The notes under the pieces were generated by a model. The model was not told the DNA's origin. It saw nothing but the letters and a program-made list of their open reading frames with translations, and ran no database searches. A DNA stretch of 64,000 bases from the human T2T-CHM13v2.0 reference genome, Homo sapiens: NCBI RefSeq assembly GCF_009914755.1, contig NC_060935.1; one strand, given 5' to 3'. Made by a program: the position numbers and the translations under genes. Positions 51,566 through 64,000 of the stretch are shown one piece after another (the stretch's first letter is position 1; every line of letters begins with the position of its first letter).

Positions 51566-52837
51566 CTGTAAGAATCCTTGTTACTTGTCATCTGCTGTCG
51601 TTGGTATTGGGGCTGTTACTCAGATGAAATAACTTTGAGTCCACCTTCTTAGTTCCTCTTTCCACCTCTTCTATGGAGCCTGTCTTCTGCCTGTAACTTT
51701 CTATCTCCCCCTCTCTCCATTCCATTTGCTTCATAGCAGGGAACAACACAATGCATTCCTTCTGCAGTTCCTTCCTACCATGCCCCGACAATATCTCTAA
51801 TAGATGAGGGTGCTCTTCTCTGCTGAATTCATTAAGTGGCCTTAGTAATTTTATTCAGCTGTGGCCAATTCATCATTCTCTACTGTTCTCCTCGAGTACT
51901 TTTCCCTTCCTCTCAACCTGAACATCACATCCCATACCTACACCAATTTATAATTTACGACTGACCATCATTGATGTCCAGTGAAACTTTTAAAGTGCTA
52001 ATCCCACAACAGTTACATTTTGACAAAAACATCCCCCAACCCAGACATGACTGATGGGATTGGTCAACCACTCGTTTTCAAATACTTATTGAAAAGTTAT
52101 TTTAGACCCAGCTTCCATCTGTTCCAGAAGTTAAAAATAAAATGAGAATTCAATTAAAAGTATGCACACAATCTACCCAGAGTTGTGCCAGATCTTCTGA
52201 GAATATCCTACTTTCCAGCCGATCAGAAACGGAAGTGTGCCTATGCCAATAAACACCTTAGAATGCCAAATTGTTTAATTAAATAAGAGATACATCAGTG
52301 TGGATGCAAAATAGCAAAGATTTTTTAAAAGCAGCATATTCTGCCTTTAAGTTTCTTGCCCCTATTTTTCTGCAGAGAGATGTCAAAAGAATGAAAAGAA
52401 CTTAGCCACGTAGTACCTTCTACTCTATTTGTCTCCTCTGGTCAAGGTCAGTGGGTGGAAGCTCAGCAGTCTCCCTGCTTTCTACTCTGTAGTACTAACT
52501 GTAAAGTTCAATAAACCTGGGCCTGCCCCAGAGCTCATTCCAAAGTTTGACTTGTTTTAGGCTGGAAAGAAATCTCCACCAGGTACACACTAAAGCCTAC
52601 CGGTCTCTTTCTAATCCCTATTTTGCCGAATTCAGAAGAAACATTTTCTTACTAGATAGATAGCTTTCATATTTCTTCCCTGAATGGTTCTTAACATATA
52701 TTTAATTCTGTTCAAAGTCTGTGACTAAAGGAGTCCATCGAATTAGCTGATCCATTAATCCTGTTACTGTGTCAATCCTTATTTTTAAGATTCAGTTTCT
52801 GTGAATTGCTGATGTATGCGAGACGATAATAGCTTCT

Positions 52838-53148
52838 TTATTTTGTTTGTTTGTTTTTTTCTCCAGACAGAGTCTCTCTCTGTTGCTCAGGCTGGAGTGC
52901 AGTGGCGCAGTCTCCGCGCACTGCAACTTCTGCCTCCTGGGTTCAAGCTATTCTTGTGCCTCAGCCTCCTGAGTAGCTGGGGCTACAGGCATGCACCACC
53001 ACCACACCCAGATAATTTTTGTATTTTTAGTAGAGATGAGGTTTCACCATGTTGGCCAGGCTGGTCTCGAACTCCTGGCCTCAAGTAAGTCACCCATCTC
53101 AGCCTCCCAAAGTGCTGGGATTACAGGTGTGAGCCACCACACCCAGCC
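52838..53148 (-). mobile_element. AluS
   Basis: caggctggagtgcagtggcgc...ctcccaaagtgctgggattacaggtgtgagccacc. Confidence 0.94.
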
Positions 53149-53588
53149 TATGATGACAACTTTTTTCTAGTTAACATGCTTGAGACAGAGGCATTGCAAA
53201 CAATGCCCATCCCTAAAATTTCCCAAACAGATCTAGGTGCCCACCATGTGCACACACATACACATATATACATATGTATATACACACATACATAATATAC
53301 ATATTTTAATTGAACCGTTTGAATGTAAATTGCAGACGTCAAAATATATCACCTTATCTCTTCTAAGAAGAATGAAGACACTCTCAAATATAAAGATATT
53401 TTTGGTTCTGTCTGGTTTCCTTTGCCTTTTTAAATAGTTTAATTATTTTATTCATAGTTGAGGAATACAATGAAATATATTTAATAGTGAACTTTAATAA
53501 GAACAATTATGCAGCACCGTATCTGGACACAAAGAGATTTTTCCAGCTTCAGTTGTGACAAGACAGCCCTCCCTCTTCTTCAGGACTA

Positions 53589-54012
<424 letters not shown>

Positions 54013-54454
54013 AGTTTGCCTTCCATCACCATTTCTTCTCCTTTTGTTTCCAGATAGTAAATTATTCTCTGAATAATCTTGTGCTTTCCTATTAAAGTCT
54101 ATCTCCTGGTACTAGCTGGACCACACCATTCGAGGTAAATTGAGTGACTGGCAGCATCTTTCAACACACAATTTGATTCAAATCAGAAAAAAGCAAAGTT
54201 CCTACTCCCTCTTAGTCCATAGCACTGAAGTGTACACTCTTTACAGGTAAAGCTTTTCATAGATCCTGACAGAGGTGAACATTTCTTTGTGGACAGATGT
54301 TAGGCAACTTAAAGTATAGATGTCAAACTGGTCATCGTTATTCAACAAAGCAAATTAGAGTGCTCAACACTCAGACAGAGTCTTCAATATAGAATGTGAT
54401 AAATTTAAGTGAGCCAGAGGATTAGATCATAAAATAGCTGTTATTTTAGGGCTA

Positions 54455-54961
54455 TGAAGGGAAGCAAGGTATGCTACTCCAAAATATGACACTTTGACAT
54501 AAGAATTATTTTGAGCTGAAGGCATGTGAGTTCTTGAAATCCTTTATCTGCCTGCAAAGCAGAGGCTCCCAAAACAACTTAATTGTCATAAATCCCCTCC
54601 CCAGGAGCAACTGTAATCTTTCTAAAAGTCCATAGCACACCCAGACAGAAAGTGTCATAAACCATCACCCAACTATTCTGCCAAGGGCCCATTTATCTTT
54701 CCGAAAAGTCATTTGCTGTTCCATAAATGCCCCTTCTTCCCATTCTTTTCCCCTACTGTTAGGTATCTACACCCCAAATTTTAACCACTTCTTCGAGTTA
54801 CTCATTGTTGAGCACTCTCATGGGTATGTGTGATGCACATGCTAATAAACTTCTGTTTGTTTTTCTCTTGTCAGTCTGCCTTTTGTCGGTTTAATTTTAT
54901 AGGGCCCCAGCCAGAGAATCTAGGAGAATGGAAAGAAAAGGACTTTTTTTTCTCCCCTAAA
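54455..54961 (+). mobile_element. MER34-family ERV1 solo LTR
   Basis: tgaaggg...atgctactccaaaatatg...ttattttgagctgaaggc...ctAATAAActtctgtttgtttttctcttgt...tttctccccta; TSD gcta/gctg. Confidence 0.85.
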
Positions 54962-55899
54962 GCTGTATAGAACCACTGTGATGGTTCTGTCCAGAACAAT
55001 CAAGCATCTATGGGTGATGGGTACACTGTAGCAGGGGAAGATCACAAACTAGCAAACAGAGGAGTAAAACCAGGACGTGGAACCAAGGCTTCTAAGCCCA
55101 GGTCATTTCTACTAAATGATGCTCTTTAGCACATACCAGGAGCTATTACTAGAAACTAGCAGCATCAGAAATAATAACAGGAAGCCAACTAAATGCTTCA
55201 GAAAATGAAAACCACCATGGAAGTCAATCATCTGATTTTTGTTTATAGTTCCTTTACCCAGGGAGAGGAGAGCTGTGGCCATCTGGAGTAACACACGTTT
55301 TGCATTTAATGGGAATGAATAGTGAAAAACAGCCAGAGGGATCTGTTTAGGTTAGTTCAGCTTTTCTTTGCTTTGGCTTTTTTTAATGGGATGCTATAAA
55401 TTTTAGATGTTTGTATCTGAGTGAAACATTCAATATATCGTCGCTTGAAATTTCACTTTCACAATTAATTCAAATAGCTTCGGAAAAAAAAATAGTCATA
55501 TGGATTGAAAGCTGCTGAAAGAGGCAACAAACCGAGTGCAGGGTGAGGTTTCCCAGGATCCAATGTGGAATTCAGAGCTCATATAAGATACTCAAAAAGG
55601 GGGAGGAGGCTGCACTATCAAGAACTACATTTATGGTGCCACATTGAGAGGTGACAGAGACTGCGGCCAGAGACAGGGAAATAGGTGTACCTGAGGACAC
55701 ACAGATACACCTAAGTGTGTTAGAAACAGAAGAAAACTGGAAAACCTCTTTGAAAAATGACTTGTCAATGATGAAAAAATAATTTAATAACGATGACAAT
55801 AATAGTAGTAACTTCACTAAAACCCTCCCTATGGCTTATGGGCTGCCACCCATCTCTATGTATTGCCCTCCTGGCTTTCTCTTTGCTCCAACCAAGTTT

Positions 55900-56240
55900 C
55901 TTTTAGTACTTGGACTTCATCCCGACTGGCGTTTGTATATGCTCCTTCTGCAGGGAACACTGCTTTCCACTGCCCCTGCCCCTTCACCTGATGAAGTCTC
56001 AGATGAAACAACTGTTCCTCAGGGAACCTTTCCCCAGTTTCCTGAGAATCAGCGACACCCCCAGTCTTATGTTCTCACAGCCACTTAGGTTTTCATGACA
56101 ATCATGATAATTTTATTCTTGTTCAATGAATCTTATAGGAGACTATCAATTCTATGAGGTCAGAGACTATGTCTGTCTCCCAAGCTCACAACACAGTGCC
56201 CACCACAGGGGTATTCAGTAAACACTTGTTGAACAAATTA
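55900..56240 (+). mobile_element. L2 3' end
   Basis: tcctcagggaacctttccc...tatgaggtcagagactatgtctgtct...cacagtgcc...cagtaaacacttgttgaa. Confidence 0.75.
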
Positions 56241-57830
56241 CTCTTGAGCAAAACAACATCTGGATGGTATTTTCTGGTAAATACAGTATTTCGCTTCATA
56301 GGGAAAGGGGAGATAATTTAGGAACTCCTTGAAATTGCCAAAAACTACATCAAATTCTCATTTATCTCAAGTTATCCAGAGCACTGGAAGTCAAAATCTA
56401 CTGATAATAATATTATAACACTTTCTTTATATAATCATTTTTAATTATATATGTAATACATAATCATTATAGCCCCACATGTCCCCAAGGATTCTTCCAC
56501 ATCACTTTTTTTAAATAAACTGGTAGAAAGGATCTAATTTGATTCTTGTGGTTTCCTCTCTTTAATCATTTATGATTTATTGATTCATCCATTGATTTAT
56601 ATGTTCATTTCTCTTTTCTGTCATAGGAGGTGTGGAAGCTTCTCTGCCTGTCTTTACCACCCTCTAGTCTAGGCCAAAACTGAGGGTGGAAGAGTTGAAA
56701 ACACTAGGCAGACTAAGAAGAAGCAAGGCTTCTGCAACAGTTGCATGCTTTAGAATCAACTTATTGACTAGATGTCTGGCAGATTGGACAGAACTAAGCT
56801 TTATATCCTCCAAGCATCTCCCACTTGACCCATTGCAAAGCTGGCTCCATGTAGAAGACTTCTTATTCTGGAGCCCCTACTCTTTAAAGGGCTTTAACTC
56901 AGACCACACAGAAAACTGTGGCCCCTGAGGTCCATCAGGTCATACAGCAATCCTGTAGCTAAGCTGGGACCTTCCAAATGGGGTCTCCAGAGCCTTAGAG
57001 AAAAATTGAGGGTACATGCATATATAATGTTACAAGAAGCAAATAAATTAATCGTTATCATAGAAAGTTGGATAATTTTTTGTTGTAATTTCTCTACTTT
57101 TTGAACTATCATGAGCATGATTACATTATTCTTAAAGTTTTTTATATTAAGGAAAAATGAAAAGTCCCCAGAGAAACCCCACAGTAAATGCCTTGTCCAG
57201 CTAAAAGCTCCTCAGTACTCTACCAATGTGGGCCAAGTGGCCATGAAGGGAGAGAGGTGCACAGTACAGGTAGGTGAGTCCCAGTGGAAATGTTCACAAA
57301 CCTGGCAACATCCAGTGGTATCCAAGGTTTGGTGGATATTTTTCTCAGCAGACTGGATTAGTGGGTGAAGATGAAGGCCAAGAAAACATGGAACATGCTG
57401 TCTAGTCAAGGAAACCTTTCTTCTAGAAATATTTATTCTCTTCTCTAAAATTTAGATTCCTTTGCCTGGTATAGTAGTGCCTCTTAAAAAAAATGCCTCT
57501 CTCCCCTAGCTTCCGTGGAGCTTACACTCCTGGGGATAGAAGGAAGTTTTCTATATTCACTTAATCTACAATGTTGGTGTTAGTCAGTTCTATGCTTCTA
57601 TCAATTGACACCACCAAGAATCTCCCTGCTTTTAAATACCCCAGCTATTGATAAGATGAACAATGTCTGGTATCTAAGATTGACCTGTGACTTTTATGGA
57701 GGTTGACCTTTTATATGAAATTATTACTCAACCTGTATAACTAAATCTCACAAGGGCTGCTGGGGGTTGTAGGGGAGCATCAGTCAAAGGGAAAGCTAAA
57801 GATAGAGAATTTCAAAACTCTCCGGGCTGA

Positions 57831-58245
57831 TGTATTAGTCTATTTTGTATTGCTATAAAGGAATATCTGATACTGGATAATTTATAAAGAAAAGAGGTTT
57901 ATTTGACTCATGGTTCTGCAGGCTGTAAAAGCATGGCATCAGCATTTGCTCAGCTTCTGACGAGGCCTCAGGAAGCTTTTACTCATGGTAGAAAGGGAAG
58001 GGCGCATGGGCATGTCACATGGTGAGAGAGGGAGAAAGAGAGGGGGAGGTGCCAGGCCGTTTTTGAAAACCAGCCCTCACATGAACTCAGAGTGAGAACT
58101 CACTCATTACCATGGGGAGGGTACCAACCCATTCATGGGGGATCTACCCCCATGACCCAAACACCTCCCACCAGGCCCCACCTCCAACACTGGAGATTAC
58201 ATTTCAACATGAGATTTGGAGGGGACGAATATACAAATCATATTA
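57831..58245 (-). mobile_element. MSTB-like MaLR solo LTR
   Basis: tgtattagtctattttgtattgctataaaggaatatctga...ccccacctccaacactggagattacatttcaacatgagatttggagggga. Confidence 0.92.
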
Positions 58246-58289
58246 GCAGGGAAAGGGTGCACCACACAAGCATATGTGGAAAACACTGC

Positions 58290-58683
58290 CCAGTTGTATG
58301 ACTTCCTTTAGGCCAATGGAACATTAACGATTGCACCATAAGTGCTTGTGCCATGGGGCTTGCCTGCTGTTGCAGTTGGGATCCTTTTACCATCATGCAA
58401 ATAAGCCCAGAATAAACCCTTGGAAAATGAAAGACCATGTGAAGGGAGGCTGTAGTCATCCTAGCTGTCCCAGAAAAAGTTATCATAAGCCAGCTGGCCC
58501 CAGCTGGCCCATCAGTTCACTGCCAGTCTATGAATAAGGCCAGCTGAGGCCAGCCAAGCCTGACCAAGACAAGAATGATCACACTAAGCCCAATCTGCAG
58601 AATTGTGAGCAAAGCAAAGTATGGTTGTTTAAAGATGCTAAAGTTTAGGATGGTTTGTTCCCCAGCAATAGCTAATGGACACA
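58290..58683 (+). mobile_element. MLT1 (F/G-like) LTR
   Basis: cagaattgtgagcaaa...tggttgtttaaag...ctaaagtttaggatggtttgtt...cagcaatagctaa...aca. Confidence 0.75.
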
Positions 58684-59199
58684 GAGGTCACTTGAGCAGC
58701 ATAATCCCTGAATCTACGCAGCCACGTCAGCCATGTCAATCTTCAGGGATTGGTGCATAAAGATCAAGGGCAGAGAAGAGCTGCAACAGTACCATTATGA
58801 TGTAGTACCTTTAGCAGATGACCCCCCAGCCAGTATATGAGGCTGCTGTTTTCCTAGCTTTCCACCCATAGAATCTATTGTACGACTGTGTTTTTCACAG
58901 CTAGGTAAATCCGTACCCTATCAATATTTAATGCTCTGGTTGCTTTTCTCTCCTGTGTCCTCTGATCAAGTCTCAACACTGCCTTACCATTTACTCTCCC
59001 TGGCTCAGCTCAAGGGACCCATTTGTGGCCAAACAGATGATTATTTCATCAGCACCAACCTGGGTCTGTAGAATACTACACATCCATCAAAATTATCTTA
59101 GGCCACATTTCAGAAGGCTTTTCTAGACATTCGTAAAGAGTCTGATTTAATGTCTTCACTAAGATACCCTAGGGAGGTTATTTTCATTCACCATAAGAA

Positions 59200-59405
59200 C
59201 TGGCTGTTGATGTCCCTGATAGGATGCCATAATGGAAATTATCTATACATGAGTCCGTCTGTCCCAATCAAGTATAAATTCTTCAAAATCAGAGACCATA
59301 TGTTATTTGTCTTCGAAATCTCCATGCTTAGTGCAAAGCCTAACATATAAGTTCAGAGTCTGTCATATGAAATGAATGAGTGAATAAATGAATCAATCAA
59401 TAAGT
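59200..59405 (+). mobile_element. L2 3' end
   Basis: cagagaccatatgttatttgtctt...tgaatgagtgaataaatgaat. Confidence 0.7.
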
Positions 59406-59513
59406 CATGTGCTTTGGACAGGCCCAGTACCATACTGATTTATTTATAGGATCACAATATAAGAGTGTTGTATTCTTTTTCGTTTAGCAGACTTCTGAAT
59501 TTTGGTAGTGGTT

Positions 59514-59802
59514 GTTTTTTGTTTTTGTTTATGTTTGAGACAGGGTCTTACTCTATCACCCAGGCTGGAGTGCACTGGCGTGATCACAGCTACTGAAGCC
59601 TCAACCTCCTGGGCTCAAGCAGTCCTCCTACCTCAGCCTCCTTAGTAGCTGGGACTACAGGTGTGTACCACCATACCCGGCTAATTTTCTATTTTTTGTA
59701 GAGATGTTGCCTGGCCGGTCTCAATCTCCTGGGATCAAGAAATCCTCCCACTTCAGCTTCTCAAAGTGCTAGGATTATAGGTGTGAGCTACTACACCTGG
59801 CC
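59514..59802 (-). mobile_element. AluJ
   Basis: gagacagggtcttactct...cctcctgggctcaagcagtcctcc (J diagnostics). Confidence 0.93.
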
Positions 59803-60262
59803 TTTCTGCATTTTTGGCTACTTTGAAACATCAGAAGTTTCTCTGGTTTTCTTTTGCTTATAAGATTTTGCCTTCTGGATCACTTCGATTTACAGAGTCT
59901 TAATTTACATGTAATAGATCCAATGTAGAATTTCCTTTGCTTCATTATTTCTACAAAAACAAAGATTAAAGATTAAGGGAAAATAAACTGAGAAAAACAT
60001 CAAAAGAATTCTGGATATAGGAAAAGGGAAAGCTGTGGTTATTTACAGAGTCTTTACTACATGTTACCTTCTCCATGAAGCCAACACTTGACACCCCATT
60101 TAAAACAGCAACTTCCTATGTCACCCCCTACCACCCAAATCCTGCCTACTCTGCTCTGTTTTTTCAAAGCATTTACTGCCTTCAAATATACCATCATAAT
60201 GCCTTGTAGATAGTAGGTACTCAATAAACACTTGTTAAATGAATGAATATATACATGGCTAT

Positions 60263-60697
60263 TGTGGTAGGCAAAATTCTTAGATGATCTCCAAGATTCT
60301 CACTTCCTGTTGTACACACCTGTATAATCACCTCCACTTGAGAGTGAGCAGGACCTGTGAAAATGATGGGGCACCACACCTTCTTCCCATGTTAGGCTGT
60401 GTTATGTGGCAAAGATGAAGGTAGTTTACAGATGTGACTAAAGTCCCTAAATTAATAAAGAGAAGTTATCCTGGATGGGCCTGACCTAATCAGGAACTGA
60501 ATTCTGCCAACGACTAGTCGGCTCAGGAGATGGAGACCTCGACTGCAGCCTTCTCAGACCCTGAGTAGAGGGGCCCAATGACACTGTATAAAGATGGACT
60601 CCTGCCCCACAGGAACTGTTAGATCATAGATGAGTGTTGTTTTAAGCTGTTAAATTTGTGGTCATTTGTTATGCAAGAGTAGAGCACTCATAATACA
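60263..60697 (+). mobile_element. MLT1E-like LTR with internal deletion
   Basis: tgtggtaggcaaaattcttagatg...ttttaagctgttaaatttgtggtcatttgttatgca...aataca; TSD GCTAT. Confidence 0.88.
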
Positions 60698-61079
60698 GCT
60701 ATGAACTCACCAAGTGTTGAAGAAAGGGGCAAGAGGAACCAAGGAACCCACAGGATTTTTCTTCCTGGTGAGAAAGAAAACTTCTACTTGGCCTCTGATG
60801 TCTCCTTAGGTACCATCCCATGTCCTGGGATCTCTATGCCAATGGCCTTTACCTCCACTCTACCCCTGCAGCCCTCTAAAAATTTAAATTTATATAGCTC
60901 AGAGGACATGTGCTTTCCTGCTTTCAGAAATATTTGTAAATCTGGTGAGACCTCCAATTTTACTTCACGTCTGAGTGCTCCTCCCTCCCTGTGGTCTCTG
61001 AGGGTTTCCACCTTACTTATTCTCAGTTCCCTGGGTCCCTGCAGTCCCTTACAGTGACAGTTTGTAACCTTTGCCACAA

Positions 61080-61235
61080 AACAGAATCCCTGAGGAACTT
61101 CTCAAAAACACTGAGAAAGGATCTTGATCCCCATAGATTGTGACTTCATTGGTCAATGATGGGGTCCACATATAGACATTTTTGTAAAAGCTCCCTGGGA
61201 TGTTCTTAATTGTACCCAGGTAGAGAGTCTCTGAT
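61080..61235. mobile_element. MER5-like DNA transposon relic
   Basis: cagaatccctgaggaactt...catttttgtaaaagctccctgggatgttct. Confidence 0.6.
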
Positions 61236-61929
61236 TTGGACCATTTACATTTTATCCCTTCTTTGGCCCTTACAATAAATCAAACCTGCCAAGCTTACTA
61301 TAATTTTGGTACATTTGCTGTAGGTTTGAGGCTGACACAAAAAGGGGATTATTTTGTGGGGTAGTGGCTGTTCACCATCTCATGAGCTTCTGCATCACTT
61401 GCTTTTCTTTCAGATCTGCTGCCTTGCATTTGGCTGTTTCACAAATCCCATGCTTCCACTGTGGAAATGTCATATATAGTGAAGTTCCCTAAGTATATCC
61501 CAGCCAGCCAGCCCCCTGCCCCAATCTCCAGATTGCTGTGTTTCAGAAAACATTGCATCAGGTGCTCTGAGACGTCTCTGTCTTGGTACATTTGTTCATC
61601 AGTGCTCCATCTACAACCTCTAAGTCTCCTACCTCTTTCCTTCCCTTACTGTCTCCACTTAACCAGTGTTTTATCTTCATTGAGATGTCAGTTTATTCTT
61701 TCAATCCATCACCCCTGCATGGACTGACTTAACACCATCCCCAAAGCAAACGATTTCTTCAACCACATTATCACTGGGACCTGCCAATTCCTTCATTCTC
61801 TTGTCTTCTGATGGCACCAACCAAGAAACTACCAATGCTGCTGTTTCTGAAGAAATTCAAACAGCATGGACTGGTAAAACTCCAAATGCTTGGTAGTTAG
61901 CTTCTACTAGCCATTTGCTAATATTGTAC

Positions 61930-62145
61930 TATTAATAGCTAATGTTGAACACTATCTTATCAGGAACTTTGCATTCTGTCTTTTAATACTCACAACAGGA
62001 TATTAGATAAATATTATTATTGATACCACTTTGCAGATGTTGAAAATGAGACTTGCTAAAAGTCACACAGCTATTGACATGATTTGAGCCTGTGTCTGTC
62101 TGACTCCAGAGTCTTAACTCTGAGGTACTATATTTTCTGCCTCAC
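61930..62145 (-). mobile_element. MIR
   Basis: taatagctaatgttg...ttaatactcacaaca...ttgcagatg...gatttgagcc...gtctgactccagagtc. Confidence 0.8.
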
Positions 62146-63009
62146 AATGAGAAAACTCTTGGCTTTACTGCCTCCATTTTTAGATTCATTAGCACTAACA
62201 CAATTCTTCCCTCTTCTGTCCTGTCTCAAAGAAAAGGTCATCTCTCTTCCCACCCCCTCACCACCCGCCCCCCCCCAGTTAATTCCTTCCCTGAAGGGCT
62301 ATTGCTTAACACTCACATCCCTTTCAAAATCATCCCATTTCCGCAGTCCCTTCTTTTTATGTTTTCAATCTGTTCCTCACTACTAATTCTTTTTTTGTTC
62401 TCAGCCTACGAATAGATCCCAAACTAAAAAACTCAGCTGGAGACTAGGCATGGATCCTCCTTAATATTTATCTTGTGGGTACCACAAACGTAACCTGTCC
62501 AAAACAGAACTCATAATATGAAACTTTCCCATTCCACATCCCCCTTCCACAAACTTGTTCTGCTCTGATATACTCATCTACTAATGTAGAAACATATTTA
62601 GTTTTAAGATATTTTCTTATAAGCAAAAGTTCATACAAGTGACTATTAATTCTCATTATTATTATCATCAAAATAGTACTTTTTCTATTCATGAAAAATA
62701 AGCTCAAGTATCATGCTGGTGTTCTTGATGACATAAATTATATTTGTAGACAACTATAAGCTATGCAATTACACTAATAAAATATAAAATTCTAAGGTAA
62801 CGTGGAAAAAGCTCACACATCAGCTCTCTGCACCTTGCTAGCTCTCAGTGATTATAAGAATTATCTCAGACTGGTGGTAATAATTGCCATGTTTTTAAAA
62901 ACCAATATTGTATGAAGTAAGGGAAATTTTTAAGCACAGAAATAGTACCTTAACGTAATAAAATAGTACACTGAGGCACACTGAGCAGAAACATAAAATT
63001 TATGCTATC

Positions 63010-63140
63010 CCTTAGGCTATAAGCTCTATGAGGGCAAGAAGCTTATATGTTTTGCTCCACACTACATTCTCAGCATCTAATGTAGTGCCAGGAGCATAAT
63101 TAGTGCTCAATAGATGTTCATTATATTAACAAATAAATGG
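63010..63140 (+). mobile_element. L2 3' end
   Basis: tataagctctatgagggcaag...gtagtgccagg...gtgctcaatagatgtt. Confidence 0.8.
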
Positions 63141-63150
63141 GAGAAATTGA

Positions 63151-63553
63151 TGTATAGTTAGGATAATCTCTGTAATAAACAGACTCAAATTGATGCTTAT
63201 TTTCCACTTGCGTAACAATACGTGGCAGCTGAAAGCCTCCTCTGCATAGTCACGCAGAGACCCCGACTATTGGAGGCTCTGTCATCTTTACTTTGAGGCT
63301 TTGATTAATGTACCAGAGATTATCTCCATTCCAACAAGCCAGAGGAGAAAGCAAAGCATGGAGGAATGCCTCATGGAGTTTATGGTCAAGCTTCCAATCA
63401 GTGCACATCACTTCTGCTCACATTCCGGTGGCTGGAACTCAACCACAGGGCCACTCCTTACTGTAACAGAAGTCAGAACATGCAGTCTAGTTGTGTGCCC
63501 AGGAAGTGGAGGAGGCCATGAATTTTGATAAGCAGCTAGTGGCCTGTGGCACA
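63151..63553 (-). mobile_element. MLT1J-like LTR
   Basis: catcacttctgctcacattccggtggctggaactca...tgcagtctagttgtgtgcccaggaag...gcaca. Confidence 0.8.
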
Positions 63554-64000
63554 TGTGATGAGCAGGCTGGAACCAGATCTTATCTTATCCTCTTGAAGCA
63601 AAACATCTTGGCCCACATTTAAAAAAAATAGGTATATAAGTCTCTTCTGCTTGTGTAAGCAAAAGCATGTAAATAGAATACTTATGCAGAAAAAAATGAG
63701 GTTAGTTTTTGCATCTGTTCATGGTGTCACCATGTATTCTGCCTTCAAAAGGAGAAGCTTGGGTGCCATCAACAGATTCTCCCTCTATTTTATTCCAAAT
63801 CCTTAGGTCTGATCTGTCATCTAGTGTACACTATAAGACTGAACTCTAGCCCCTTTTCTCTGACTCCGTTGCTTCTCTCTTCTTTTAGGACCAGGCTGTT
63901 AACTTTAAGGGATGCAATAGCTTACAAAATGGTCTTCGGACCACTAGTCCCCAGTGCAATTGATTAAACATCTTTCTTCCATCAAAGTTATATTTTAAAA

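Overview
Primate (most likely human) non-coding DNA, intronic or intergenic. It is a dense mosaic of Alu (J/S/Y), L1 (MA/PB/MC/ME), L2, MIR, MaLR/ERVL/ERV1 solo LTRs (MLT1, MLT2A, MSTA/B, THE1, LTR16, MER34, MER67), DNA transposon relics (Tigger2a, MER5, MER81) and microsatellites. I cannot support any protein-coding gene, RNA gene, CpG island or CRISPR array, and I cannot name the locus. The listed ORFs are repeat-derived or chance. Repeat families were called from remembered consensus sequences, so subfamily names and unflanked boundaries are approximate. Three structures stand out. (1) A 225-bp compound pentanucleotide array, (ATAGC)12(ATCGC)13 ACCGC (ACAGC)15(ATAGC)2, grew out of the Pol III A-box of a MIR and is open in all three minus-strand frames. 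(2) A ~145-bp mosaic insertion in an L2 was stitched from two local templates: an inverted copy from 1.2 kb upstream and a direct copy from 2.1 kb downstream. (3) An L1PB 3' end is inserted almost in homologous register into an older L1MA. There are also several candidate enhancer motif clusters and splice signals in unique sequence. I see no firm evidence of a new multi-gene system.
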